Shown piece after piece: positions 18,381 through 26,805 of a stretch of DNA of 64,000 nt. The DNA is from Alphaproteobacteria bacterium (GTDB lineage: Bacteria > Pseudomonadota > Alphaproteobacteria > RF32 > CAG-239). The notes beneath the pieces were generated by a model. It ran no database searches and was not told where the DNA came from. It saw only the letters and a program-made list of their open reading frames with translations. The stretch spans positions 4,782 through 68,781 of the forward strand of contig JAZLAM010000020.1 of assembly GCA_045613125.1 (NCBI GenBank), in the 5' to 3' direction. Position 1 is the first letter of the stretch. Each line of letters opens with the position of its first letter. The position numbers and the translations under genes were made by a program.

Positions 18381-20078
18381 ATGTCAAAAGTACTTATTAC
18401 ATCAGCTTTGCCATATATTAACGGAGTTCCTCATTTAGGACACATGGTTGGTTGTTTGCTTCCTTCTGATGTGTATGCCAGATATATGCGCATGATGGGT
18501 AATGATGTTTTATATATTGTTGGCACAGACGAACACGGAACAACTTCTGAAGTTGGAGCTATTAAAGCCGGTTTAAGTGTACAAGAATATTGCGATTTAT
18601 TTCATGCAAAACATTATAATGCATATAAAAATTTTAACCTTTCGTTTGATTGTTTTGGTAGAACTTCTTCTGAACAGAACAAAGAAATTGTATACCATAT
18701 TTTTGAACAGCTTGATAAAAATGGTTTTATAGAAGAAAGAACAATCAAACAAGTTTATTCTATTGATGATAAAATGTTTTTGGCCGATAGATATATTACC
18801 GGAACATGTCCGTATTGTGGATATGATAAAGCCAGAGGTGATCAGTGTGAGAACTGTACAAAAGTTTTGGAACCGACAGATTTAATTGAAGCAAAAAGCA
18901 CAATTTCAGGAAGTTCTAATTTGGAAGTTCGTGAGACAAAGCACCTTTTCCTCAGTTTACCTAAAATTGAACCTATTCTTAAGGAATGGCTAAAAACAAA
19001 AGAAGCTTTTTGGCCGGAAGTCGCTTATTCTATTGCCCAAAAGTGGCTTAAAGAAGGTTTGCAGGCTCGTTGCATTACACGTGATTTGAAGTGGGGATTT
19101 CCTGTAAATAAAGAAGGATTTGAAGATAAGGTTTTCTATGTTTGGTTTGATGCTCCTATAGGTTATATCGGTATTACTAAACAATGGTCTGATGAAAAAC
19201 CAGATGAACGTAATTGGAAAGATTGGTGGTATGACGCTAAAGATGTACGTCATATTGAATTTATGGCAAAAGATAATGTGCCGTATCATTCGATTACATT
19301 TCCAGCGACACTTTTAGGCACAAAAGAACCTTGGACACAAGTTGATTATTTAAAAGGTGTTAGCTATTTAACTTTTGAAGGCGGTAAATTTTCAAAATCA
19401 GAGAATAGAGGTGTCTTTGCTGAAGATGCAATTAAAGAATTTGAGGCTGATTATTGGCGCTATTGGTTAATGAGCAATATTCCGGAAAGTTCCGACACAA
19501 GTTTTACATTTGATTTATTTGCCTCTGTGATAAATAAAGATTTAAATGGAGTGTTAGGTAATTTTGTATCAAGAGTTTTAAAAATGACATCCTCAAAAAT
19601 TGGAAATGTAGTACCGGATGGTGGGGAATTTGGAGAGCTTGAATATAAATTGATAGAGAATTTACAGACAAGAGTTAATGATTATTTCAAATATTTTAAT
19701 GAATTAGAGTTTCGTAAAGCGTTTGCAGAACTGCGTGCAATTTGGGTTGAAGGAAATAATTATATATCGGAAGCAGAGCCTTGGACAGTTATAAAAGAAG
19801 ATAAAAATAAAGCTTCTATGGTTTTAAGAACCTGTATTAATCTTATTCGTATTTTTGCAATTTTAAGTGCACCCATTATGCCCAAAACTTCTGAAAATAT
19901 GCTTGCAAAACTTAATTTAAGCGTTGATACATTGGGATTATTAAAAGATTTTGATATTAAAAAAGAAATTATCTCTATCAAGGCTGGTGCAGAATTTGTA
20001 GTCGGAGATATGTTATTTGAGCGTATTACTCCAGAACGTGTTGAAGAGCTAAAATCTAAATATGGGAGTTCAAAATAA
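18381..20078 (+). CDS. metG: methionine--tRNA ligase (short form, no C-terminal EMAPII/tRNA-binding domain)
   Basis: HIGH-type motif PYINGVPHLGHM, KMSKS-type KFSKS, and zinc knuckle CPYCGY...CENC. Confidence 0.95.
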   Translation: MSKVLITSALPYINGVPHLGHMVGCLLPSDVYARYMRMMGNDVLYIVGTDEHGTTSEVGAIKAGLSVQEYCDLFHAKHYNAYKNFNLSFDCFGRTSSEQNKEIVYHIFEQLDKNGFIEERTIKQVYSIDDKMFLADRYITGTCPYCGYDKARGDQCENCTKVLEPTDLIEAKSTISGSSNLEVRETKHLFLSLPKIEPILKEWLKTKEAFWPEVAYSIAQKWLKEGLQARCITRDLKWGFPVNKEGFEDKVFYVWFDAPIGYIGITKQWSDEKPDERNWKDWWYDAKDVRHIEFMAKDNVPYHSITFPATLLGTKEPWTQVDYLKGVSYLTFEGGKFSKSENRGVFAEDAIKEFEADYWRYWLMSNIPESSDTSFTFDLFASVINKDLNGVLGNFVSRVLKMTSSKIGNVVPDGGEFGELEYKLIENLQTRVNDYFKYFNELEFRKAFAELRAIWVEGNNYISEAEPWTVIKEDKNKASMVLRTCINLIRIFAILSAPIMPKTSENMLAKLNLSVDTLGLLKDFDIKKEIISIKAGAEFVVGDMLFERITPERVEELKSKYGSSK

Positions 20079-21046
20079 TGAAAATTGAGAGTTTAAAAGG
20101 TTTACGTTTACGAGGAATGGGGAAATTTATACATAATTTTTTTATGTTTTTGACATACCCGTTTAGACATGCTTTTAATTTTTTTGGTTTATTGTTGGTT
20201 GGTATTGTGATTTTTGCTGCAATTCCTATGTCACAAGGTATAAGCTACAAGCATGTATTGGATTGGTATTTATTTAGATATAATCAAATAGAAACAAAAG
20301 TGAACTTTAGAAAAATAGAAAAACCAGAAGCAGTGGAAAGACAAGTTAAAAAAGAGTTTAGAAAAGAATTTAAGTTTAAAGAAACAGCGGCTCCTGACAG
20401 GAAGCATATATCTGCGGAATTGAAGAAAAAAATGGAAACAGATATGTCTGATGATATAGAGGCTAAAACGAGCAAAAGAAAAATATTAAAAATTAAAAAT
20501 TTACCATTTAGACGTGCTAATATTAATAACCGAGCAAATATAGATACGGCAAAAAAATCTTTAGATGGTATACAACAAGAAGAGGTTTTATCAAAAAATA
20601 TTAATAGTGCAGATGAAAAACAATCTGTATTATTAACACAATCGCTACAAGTAAAAACATCTCCTGTGATACCGCATAAGGAAGAAGTTGTTGTAGCCAT
20701 GCCTGAAATAAAAAATGAAATTTCTTATCGTAAAATAGAAGCATTACCGCTGATTTATAAAGATGTTACGGAATATATTGAAGGTTTAGCTTTAGTGTTT
20801 GGAGCCAACGATTTATCTGTGGGCGATAAGTATGTTATTTTATATGGAATATATACGGATAAACATAGATATGATGTAGAAAAAGCAACTATTTATTTAC
20901 AAGAATTGGTTGATAAGAAAAAAGTAGAATGTGAAATTGTTGCTTACACATATGATAATTATCCTACAGCGATTTGCTTTTTAGATGGAAAAAGTATAAA
21001 CCAACATTTAGTAGATGCCGGTTTTGCTGATAATGTTGCTTTATAG
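20078..21046 (+). CDS. membrane-anchored Lys-rich protein with C-terminal SNase-like (thermonuclease-fold) domain, probably catalytically degenerate
   Basis: Start overlaps the metG stop (TAATG). One TM segment, then a charged linker. C-terminal end matches the SNase family (KKVECEIVAYTYDNYPTAICFLDGKSINQHLVDAGFA versus V.CE...DRYGR.LA.C..G.DLN..LV..GWA). Canonical Ca/catalytic residues appear substituted (GIYTDK in place of GIDAPE). Confidence 0.4.
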   Translation: MKIESLKGLRLRGMGKFIHNFFMFLTYPFRHAFNFFGLLLVGIVIFAAIPMSQGISYKHVLDWYLFRYNQIETKVNFRKIEKPEAVERQVKKEFRKEFKFKETAAPDRKHISAELKKKMETDMSDDIEAKTSKRKILKIKNLPFRRANINNRANIDTAKKSLDGIQQEEVLSKNINSADEKQSVLLTQSLQVKTSPVIPHKEEVVVAMPEIKNEISYRKIEALPLIYKDVTEYIEGLALVFGANDLSVGDKYVILYGIYTDKHRYDVEKATIYLQELVDKKKVECEIVAYTYDNYPTAICFLDGKSINQHLVDAGFADNVAL

Positions 21047-21056
21047 GAAATAATAT

Positions 21057-22499
21057 ATGTGGCAACCAGTACTTATGATTAATGGATTTATACTTTCAAT
21101 TTTGGGAGTAAGTATGATATGTCCGGCTATTGTTGATATATATGATAATAATACTAACTGGTCTCCTTTTATTACATCTATGTTAGTAACTATGTTTATA
21201 GGTTTATCTTTGTTTTTATCTAATAGAGTTAAGATTGCAAATATAAGTTTAAGACAAGGATATCTAGTAACAGCAACTTGCTGGATTTCTGTTTCGTTGT
21301 TTGCATCCATTCCTTTTGTTATAAGTGGCTCAATAGTTGATATTGCATCGGCAATTTTTGAAAGTGTTTCAGGTGTTACCGGTACAGGTGCAACTATTTT
21401 AACTGATATAGAAGCAGAACCTCGTTCTATTTTGTTATGGCGCTCTATGTTAAATGGGTTAGGTGGTATCGGTATTGTGATTTTTGCTATTGCAATGCTT
21501 CCTTTTTTGGGAGTTGGCGGAATGCAAATTTTTGCTCGTGAAAATGCTAACGCTAATGATAAACTTATGCCTAAATTTATAGATATGGCAAAATGGATTA
21601 TGCTGGTTTACATAGGATTAGTGGTTTTATGCATGTTACTACTTTATTTTTGTGGAATGGGAAAATTTGATGCATTAAATCATGCTATATCAGCTGTTGC
21701 TACAGCCGGATTTTCCACAAAGAATAATTCGATAGCATATTTTAACAATAAGATTATCGAGTTGGTTTTGGCCACGTTTATGTTATTGGGTGCTTTACCA
21801 ATGACGTTTTATATTATGTTACTAAAAAAGAAAGAGTTAGATCCGTTTCATATAGGACAAATAAAGTATTTTTTAAAAACTATTATTACTTTATCTTTTT
21901 TTGTAGCTCTTTGGCTAAGTATTCAAAGTAATATGAACTTTTTTACAGCTTTACGTTATAGTACATTTAATATTATATCTGTTATAACGACAACAGGAAT
22001 GGGGTCAACAGATTTCCTAGATTGGGGAATTTGGACTGCTGTATTTTTTACGCTTTTATCTATGCATGGTGGATGTATAGGATCTACAACAGGTTCGATT
22101 AAAGTAATGCGATGGCAGGTGTTGAAGTCATATTTTCATAAGATGCTAATCTCAGCAATTGAGCCCAATAGAGTGGTGCCTATTAAAGTAGGGGAAGTTT
22201 CTGTAAGTGAGAGTGTGATAAGTTCTGTATTTTTATATGTGTTTTTATTTATTATTTCTATTGCTGGAACTGCCGTAATATTAAATTTTATAGGGTATGA
22301 TTTTACAACATCGGTGTCTGCTGCCATTGCAAGTGTAACAAATACGGGGCCGGGAATAACTACATCAATAGGTGTTATGGGGAATTATGCATTTTTTAGT
22401 ACAACAGCAAAATATATATTATGCTTTGCTATGATTTTGGGAAGATTAGAAATTATTACGATTTTGGTAGCATTCACCAAAGCTTTTTGGAAAAAATAA
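21057..22499 (+). CDS. trkH: TrkH/KtrB-family potassium uptake protein
   Basis: Four MPM repeats with selectivity-filter-like glycines (SGVTGTGATIL, TTTGMGSTD); about 480 aa. Confidence 0.8.
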   Translation: MWQPVLMINGFILSILGVSMICPAIVDIYDNNTNWSPFITSMLVTMFIGLSLFLSNRVKIANISLRQGYLVTATCWISVSLFASIPFVISGSIVDIASAIFESVSGVTGTGATILTDIEAEPRSILLWRSMLNGLGGIGIVIFAIAMLPFLGVGGMQIFARENANANDKLMPKFIDMAKWIMLVYIGLVVLCMLLLYFCGMGKFDALNHAISAVATAGFSTKNNSIAYFNNKIIELVLATFMLLGALPMTFYIMLLKKKELDPFHIGQIKYFLKTIITLSFFVALWLSIQSNMNFFTALRYSTFNIISVITTTGMGSTDFLDWGIWTAVFFTLLSMHGGCIGSTTGSIKVMRWQVLKSYFHKMLISAIEPNRVVPIKVGEVSVSESVISSVFLYVFLFIISIAGTAVILNFIGYDFTTSVSAAIASVTNTGPGITTSIGVMGNYAFFSTTAKYILCFAMILGRLEIITILVAFTKAFWKK

Positions 22500-22554
22500 A
22501 AGACCCATATTAAGCAGTGGGACTTTTATTAAAATTGCATTTCTAAAAAAAATA

Positions 22555-22914
22555 TTATTTTTTGTTTTTTATAAACGGTCGAATATATGCATCAAACTTT
22601 ATTCTATAGGTATCGGACCATCCCATTATATATTTATCTCCCAAACAAAACAATGGAACTCCGATATTGTTACCAAGATTAAACTTTTTGGCACATTTGA
22701 ATAGCATTTCAGTTCCATCTTTTGATGCTATATCAATTTGAGTAATATTTAATTTAGGGTATTTTTTAGCAATATATTCTCTTGCTTCATGACAATGTGG
22801 GCAAGTTTGAGAATAAAATAAATATGCCTTATTTTTGTTAATTTCGGCATTACTGTCATTACATCCTGTAATTAAAAATAATGAGGCAACAAGCGTGATA
22901 AAAATGTTTTTCAT
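22555..22914 (-). CDS. thioredoxin-fold lipoprotein (CxxC thiol-disulfide oxidoreductase-like)
   Basis: Lipobox LITGC. Active-site-like CPHC. Second Cys pair (FKCAKK ... FCLGD). Confidence 0.55.
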   Translation of the reverse strand: MKNIFITLVASLFLITGCNDSNAEINKNKAYLFYSQTCPHCHEAREYIAKKYPKLNITQIDIASKDGTEMLFKCAKKFNLGNNIGVPLFCLGDKYIMGWSDTYRIKFDAYIRPFIKNKK

Positions 22915-22926
22915 TTCTCGTCCTTT

Positions 22927-23532
22927 TTATTCAATACAGCAATCAACAGCTTTTCTTACAAAAGCTTTCATTTTAGAAAGGGCAGAAGTTTTAGTTTCAG
23001 GTTCTTCTGTCTTAATTTCTTTTTCCTTAAGTATATTTTCGGTTAACGTATTTTCGTTGATTTTTGCTGTAATTTTTTTTATATCTTCCATGCTTGTTTC
23101 AACCCATTTCAGGTCTTCAACTTTGAGCATATCCATATTTAAGCCCCAAAACAAACAATACATATCGTACGCTTTGTTGAACAAATCATATGCTTGTTCC
23201 TTATTACCTAAACTTTGTTGTTTTGTGCCAACTTCAAGTAAACGCATGGAAGTGGCAAGTAAGTGTTTGGAAATACACCAAACTTCTCCTTCATATGAAG
23301 GAATGATTTTTTGCATTAAGTTTTTGCGAGTCTCACGAACTTCTTCTATCAAATCATAAAATGCGGTTTTACCGGTTTTAGCTCCTGAAAAAACCAAGTG
23401 TTCTTCAATAGAAATTAAGTTCATGATAGCAATAGTTAAATCTTGATCTGATGATAAATCTTTAGGATTGACTTTTTTTGTGCTGTCAATACGTTCAACA
23501 AACTCTTTTACGGTCTTTGCTTTGTCTTTCAT
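22927..23532 (-). CDS. hypothetical protein
   Basis: ORF only. Start set at MKDKAKTV. No signal peptide, no recognisable motif. Confidence 0.3.
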   Translation of the reverse strand: MKDKAKTVKEFVERIDSTKKVNPKDLSSDQDLTIAIMNLISIEEHLVFSGAKTGKTAFYDLIEEVRETRKNLMQKIIPSYEGEVWCISKHLLATSMRLLEVGTKQQSLGNKEQAYDLFNKAYDMYCLFWGLNMDMLKVEDLKWVETSMEDIKKITAKINENTLTENILKEKEIKTEEPETKTSALSKMKAFVRKAVDCCIE

Positions 23533-23604
23533 AATACCTCCTAAAAGCATAATACAAATTATACATAAAATAAGGCATATAAGATAAAATTGTCAAGTAT
23601 AAAA

Positions 23605-23652
23605 GCAAAAAAAAGCTCCTTTGAGGATTAATACAAAGGAGCTGTTTTTTTT
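23605..23652 (-). terminator. hairpin terminator after the YgiW-like gene
   Basis: agctcctttg ... caaaggagct 10-bp stem with poly-A/T runs on both sides. Confidence 0.55.
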
Positions 23653-24013
23653 ATTTTACCAAACGGATTTCTTCAACTTCAATAATTGTAGGATTCATCA
23701 TATTTTTATCAATTTCACCTTCAATAATAACGATATCATTTGGTGTCACGGTAACGTCAGCCCAATTGTCATCATCAATTTCAAGAATGATAGTACCGGT
23801 ATTGTCCTTAAAATTATAAGTTTCTTCGCCAGTTTTTTCCAAAATATTACCTTGCATTACAACGTAATCGCCATCTTTAAGTTCTGCAATTTCAGAAACA
23901 CTGATGATTTCTTGCTGATTATTATTTTGAAATCCTCCTTTATTTTCTTTGGCCAAAGTATTTACGGTTGTTGCAAAGATTGTTGCTATTGTAAGCATTA
24001 AAAGTTTTTTCAT
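23651..24013 (-). CDS. YgiW/YdeI (BOF, bacterial OB-fold) family periplasmic stress protein
   Basis: Signal peptide. Then the typical pattern: V..I......DG.YV...G.I......E.F.F.D.TG.I..EIDD..W....V....I.I.GE.D. Confidence 0.6.
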   Translation of the reverse strand: MKKLLMLTIATIFATTVNTLAKENKGGFQNNNQQEIISVSEIAELKDGDYVVMQGNILEKTGEETYNFKDNTGTIILEIDDDNWADVTVTPNDIVIIEGEIDKNMMNPTIIEVEEIRLVK

Positions 24014-24143
24014 TTTACATCTCCTATTTAATTATTGACGCAGATTATATATGCTCTTAAATTTTGTTTTTAAATAAAGATAATTATTTACTTTTAAAAT
24101 TTTAAGTGTATTTTCTTGATGTTTAAAGTAAGGAATTTATGCT

Positions 24144-25526
24144 ATGAAGAATATGTCAACCGGTTCACCGGCAAAATTAATATTACTGTTTAGTTTACCT
24201 TTGTTAATAGGTAATATTTTTCAACAATTGTATAATATATCCGATATTTTAATTGTTGGCCGTTTGATAGGGGTCAACGCTTTGGCTGCGGTTGGATCAA
24301 CGGCTCCGCTTTATTTTGTTTTCTTGCTTATTTCTTTTGGATTTACGGCAGGTTTAACGGTTATTACTGCACAAAATTTTGGTGCAAAAAATTATGATTT
24401 GATGCGAAAATCTATAACACACTGTGTTATGGCAAGTACTGCTTTAAGCGTTTTAATAATGTTTTTATTGTTAGTTTTTTTAAGACCTTTTTTAATTTTA
24501 ATGAATATTCCGGAAATTATTTTTGAAGATTCTTATAATTTTATGGCCATTTTGACAGGCGGAATGGTAATGATAGTCTTCTTTAATTTATTGTCCGGTT
24601 TTATTAGAGCTGTCGGAGATAGTAAAACACCATTATATTTTTTGATTTTTTCTACGGTTTTAAATGTATTGTTTAATTTCACATTTATTTATTATTGCAA
24701 ATTAGGTGTTATAGGCTCAGCTTTAGGCACTGTTTGTGCAATTTGTATAGCTGTATTTTTGTGCTTGGCTTATATGTATAAAAAATTTCCGATTATGCGT
24801 CTTAAAAAATCTGATTGGAAATATGATAAACAATTTATGAGGGATCATTTGGCAGTTGCTGTGCCTATGGCTCTACAATTTTCAGTATTATCATTTAGTT
24901 TAATGATTATTCAAAGTGTTTGTAATTCATTCGGTCCTGATGTGATTGCAGCTTTTACGGCAGCTTTAAGAATTGAACAGCTTGCTACCCAACCTTTATT
25001 GGCGTTAGGTATCGCTATGGCAACATATGTGGCACAAAATTGGGGAGCCAGAAAATTAGCGCGCATCAGGAAAGGAGTACGTTTTGCAGCATTAGTATCT
25101 TTAATAATAGGTATTTGCGCATCTTTGTCAGTTAGATTTATTGGTAGTGATATGATTGCTATTTTTATCAAAGATGAAAATCCGTTAATTATTGAAATCG
25201 GAAAGGAATATTTGCGTTTAAGTACTTATTTTTATTTCTTTTTAGGAATGATTTTTGTTTTCAGAAATGCCTTGCAAGGTATGGGAAAAACATTGATCCC
25301 ATTATTGGGAAGTTGCGTGGAACTGGTTTTACGATCTTTTGCTGCAATATATTTGGCTAATATTATCGGATACAAAGGAGTGTTCTATGCTGCTCCCATC
25401 GCATGGGTAGGCGCAGCAATTGTTGTTATTGTAGGATATTTTTGGGTAATATATAATCTTAAATTTTCTAAAACTAAAAATTATAGTATCTTACAACGGT
25501 ATAATAAAATAGTAACAAACAAATAA
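24144..25526 (+). CDS. MATE-family multidrug/oligosaccharidyl-lipid efflux transporter
   Basis: 12-TM architecture with two 6-TM halves; N-terminal MATE-type motif (PLLIGNIFQQLYNISDILIVGRL). Confidence 0.8.
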   Translation: MKNMSTGSPAKLILLFSLPLLIGNIFQQLYNISDILIVGRLIGVNALAAVGSTAPLYFVFLLISFGFTAGLTVITAQNFGAKNYDLMRKSITHCVMASTALSVLIMFLLLVFLRPFLILMNIPEIIFEDSYNFMAILTGGMVMIVFFNLLSGFIRAVGDSKTPLYFLIFSTVLNVLFNFTFIYYCKLGVIGSALGTVCAICIAVFLCLAYMYKKFPIMRLKKSDWKYDKQFMRDHLAVAVPMALQFSVLSFSLMIIQSVCNSFGPDVIAAFTAALRIEQLATQPLLALGIAMATYVAQNWGARKLARIRKGVRFAALVSLIIGICASLSVRFIGSDMIAIFIKDENPLIIEIGKEYLRLSTYFYFFLGMIFVFRNALQGMGKTLIPLLGSCVELVLRSFAAIYLANIIGYKGVFYAAPIAWVGAAIVVIVGYFWVIYNLKFSKTKNYSILQRYNKIVTNK

Positions 25527-25617
25527 AGCATATGGATATATATATTAAACTACTTGCGTAACAAATATAATAATGTTATAAATGGGGCATTGACTTCTAT
25601 TTTGGAGAATAACTATT

Positions 25618-26064
25618 ATGAATGAAAATAAAATTTATTATATAGTATCAGGAGGTTTTGACCCTATACATGAGGGGCATATCCAAATGATAAGCGCTGC
25701 CGCAGAAGCATCTGACGGTGTGATTGTTTTGCTTAATTCGGATGCGTGGTTATGTCGTAAAAAAGGTAAAAATTTTCATTCTATAAAAACAAGAAAGGTT
25801 ATATTGGAACACATAAAAGGTGTTATTGATGTTATAGAGTTTGATGATACAGATGGAAGTGCTTCTGATGGAATTTATAAAGCTCGTAGTAAGTATCTGA
25901 ATGATAAACTCGTATTTGCAAACGGCGGAGATCGAAGAAAAGATAATATTCCTGAAATACAAATATGTCAAAAATATGATATAGATTTGGTTTTTGGTGT
26001 TGGCGGAGATTATAAAGCTAATTCTTCTTCGTGGATTTTACAAAAATGGGAAAAAAAGGATTAA
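25618..26064 (+). CDS. sugar-phosphate nucleotidyltransferase, HldE domain II-like (heptose-1-phosphate adenylyltransferase-like cytidylyltransferase fold)
   Basis: GGFDPIHEGH (HxGH nucleotidyltransferase motif). VIVLLNSDAWLCRKKGKN and GGDYK, matching the RfaE/HldE adenylyltransferase domain pattern (LIVAVNSDASV.RLKG...KGGDYK). Confidence 0.6.
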   Translation: MNENKIYYIVSGGFDPIHEGHIQMISAAAEASDGVIVLLNSDAWLCRKKGKNFHSIKTRKVILEHIKGVIDVIEFDDTDGSASDGIYKARSKYLNDKLVFANGGDRRKDNIPEIQICQKYDIDLVFGVGGDYKANSSSWILQKWEKKD

Positions 26065-26067
26065 GAT

Positions 26068-26802
26068 ATGAAAAAACTTATTGTTATACCCACATATAAT
26101 GAAAAAAAGAATATTAATGAATTGTTATCAAGGATCTTTTATGTTCAGAAAGATGTTGATGTGTTAATTGTTGATGATAATTCTCCCGATGGTACAGGTA
26201 AATTAGTGGATAAATTTATACAGGATAAAGTGTTTGGAGATTCTTTATTTGTGTTACACAGATCTTGTAAATTAGGGTTAGGAACTGCGTATATAGAAGG
26301 TTTTACATGGGGAATGGAAAAAGGCTACGATGTATTTTTAAGTATGGATGCCGATATGTCTCATAATCCTAAATATTTACCTCAAATTTTTTCAGCTATG
26401 CAAGAAAATGATTTGGTTATCGGTTCAAGATACGTTAAAGGTGGTGGTGTTAGAGATTGGCCTTTGCTAAGACGTTTAATTTCGCTTGGTGGTAATATAT
26501 ACTCTCAAATGGTTTTAATGTCTAATGTTAGAGATCTTACAGGTGGATTTAACTGTTACCATAGACGTTTTCTTGAGAAAATTAATTTAAAAAGCATTGT
26601 GTCTAAGGGATATTGTTTTCAAATTGAGATGAAGTTTAGACATGTTTTATTAGGTTGTAAAATCAAAGAGATTCCCATTATTTTTGCAGATAGAAAGATG
26701 GGTGTATCAAAAATGAGTGGTAGCATTTTTAAGGAAGCTGTTTTCGGGGTAATTAATTTATCACTGAAACGTAACGAAATTAGAACTAAAATGAAAGTTT
26801 AG
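26068..26802 (+). CDS. GT2 polyprenyl-phosphate glycosyltransferase (Dpm1/ArnC/GtrB-like)
   Basis: VIPTYNEKKNI ... VDVLIVDDNSPDGT ... DADMSH (DXD) motifs. Confidence 0.8.
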   Translation: MKKLIVIPTYNEKKNINELLSRIFYVQKDVDVLIVDDNSPDGTGKLVDKFIQDKVFGDSLFVLHRSCKLGLGTAYIEGFTWGMEKGYDVFLSMDADMSHNPKYLPQIFSAMQENDLVIGSRYVKGGGVRDWPLLRRLISLGGNIYSQMVLMSNVRDLTGGFNCYHRRFLEKINLKSIVSKGYCFQIEMKFRHVLLGCKIKEIPIIFADRKMGVSKMSGSIFKEAVFGVINLSLKRNEIRTKMKV

Positions 26803-26805
26803 AAA

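Noticed and set aside
22835-23359. 174-aa plus-strand ORF antisense to the 22927-23532 gene
   Set aside because: No SD; Ser/Phe/Ile-rich low-complexity translation. The minus-strand ORF has an ordinary composition and a flanking terminator. The plus-strand ORF was judged spurious, though neither is strongly supported.
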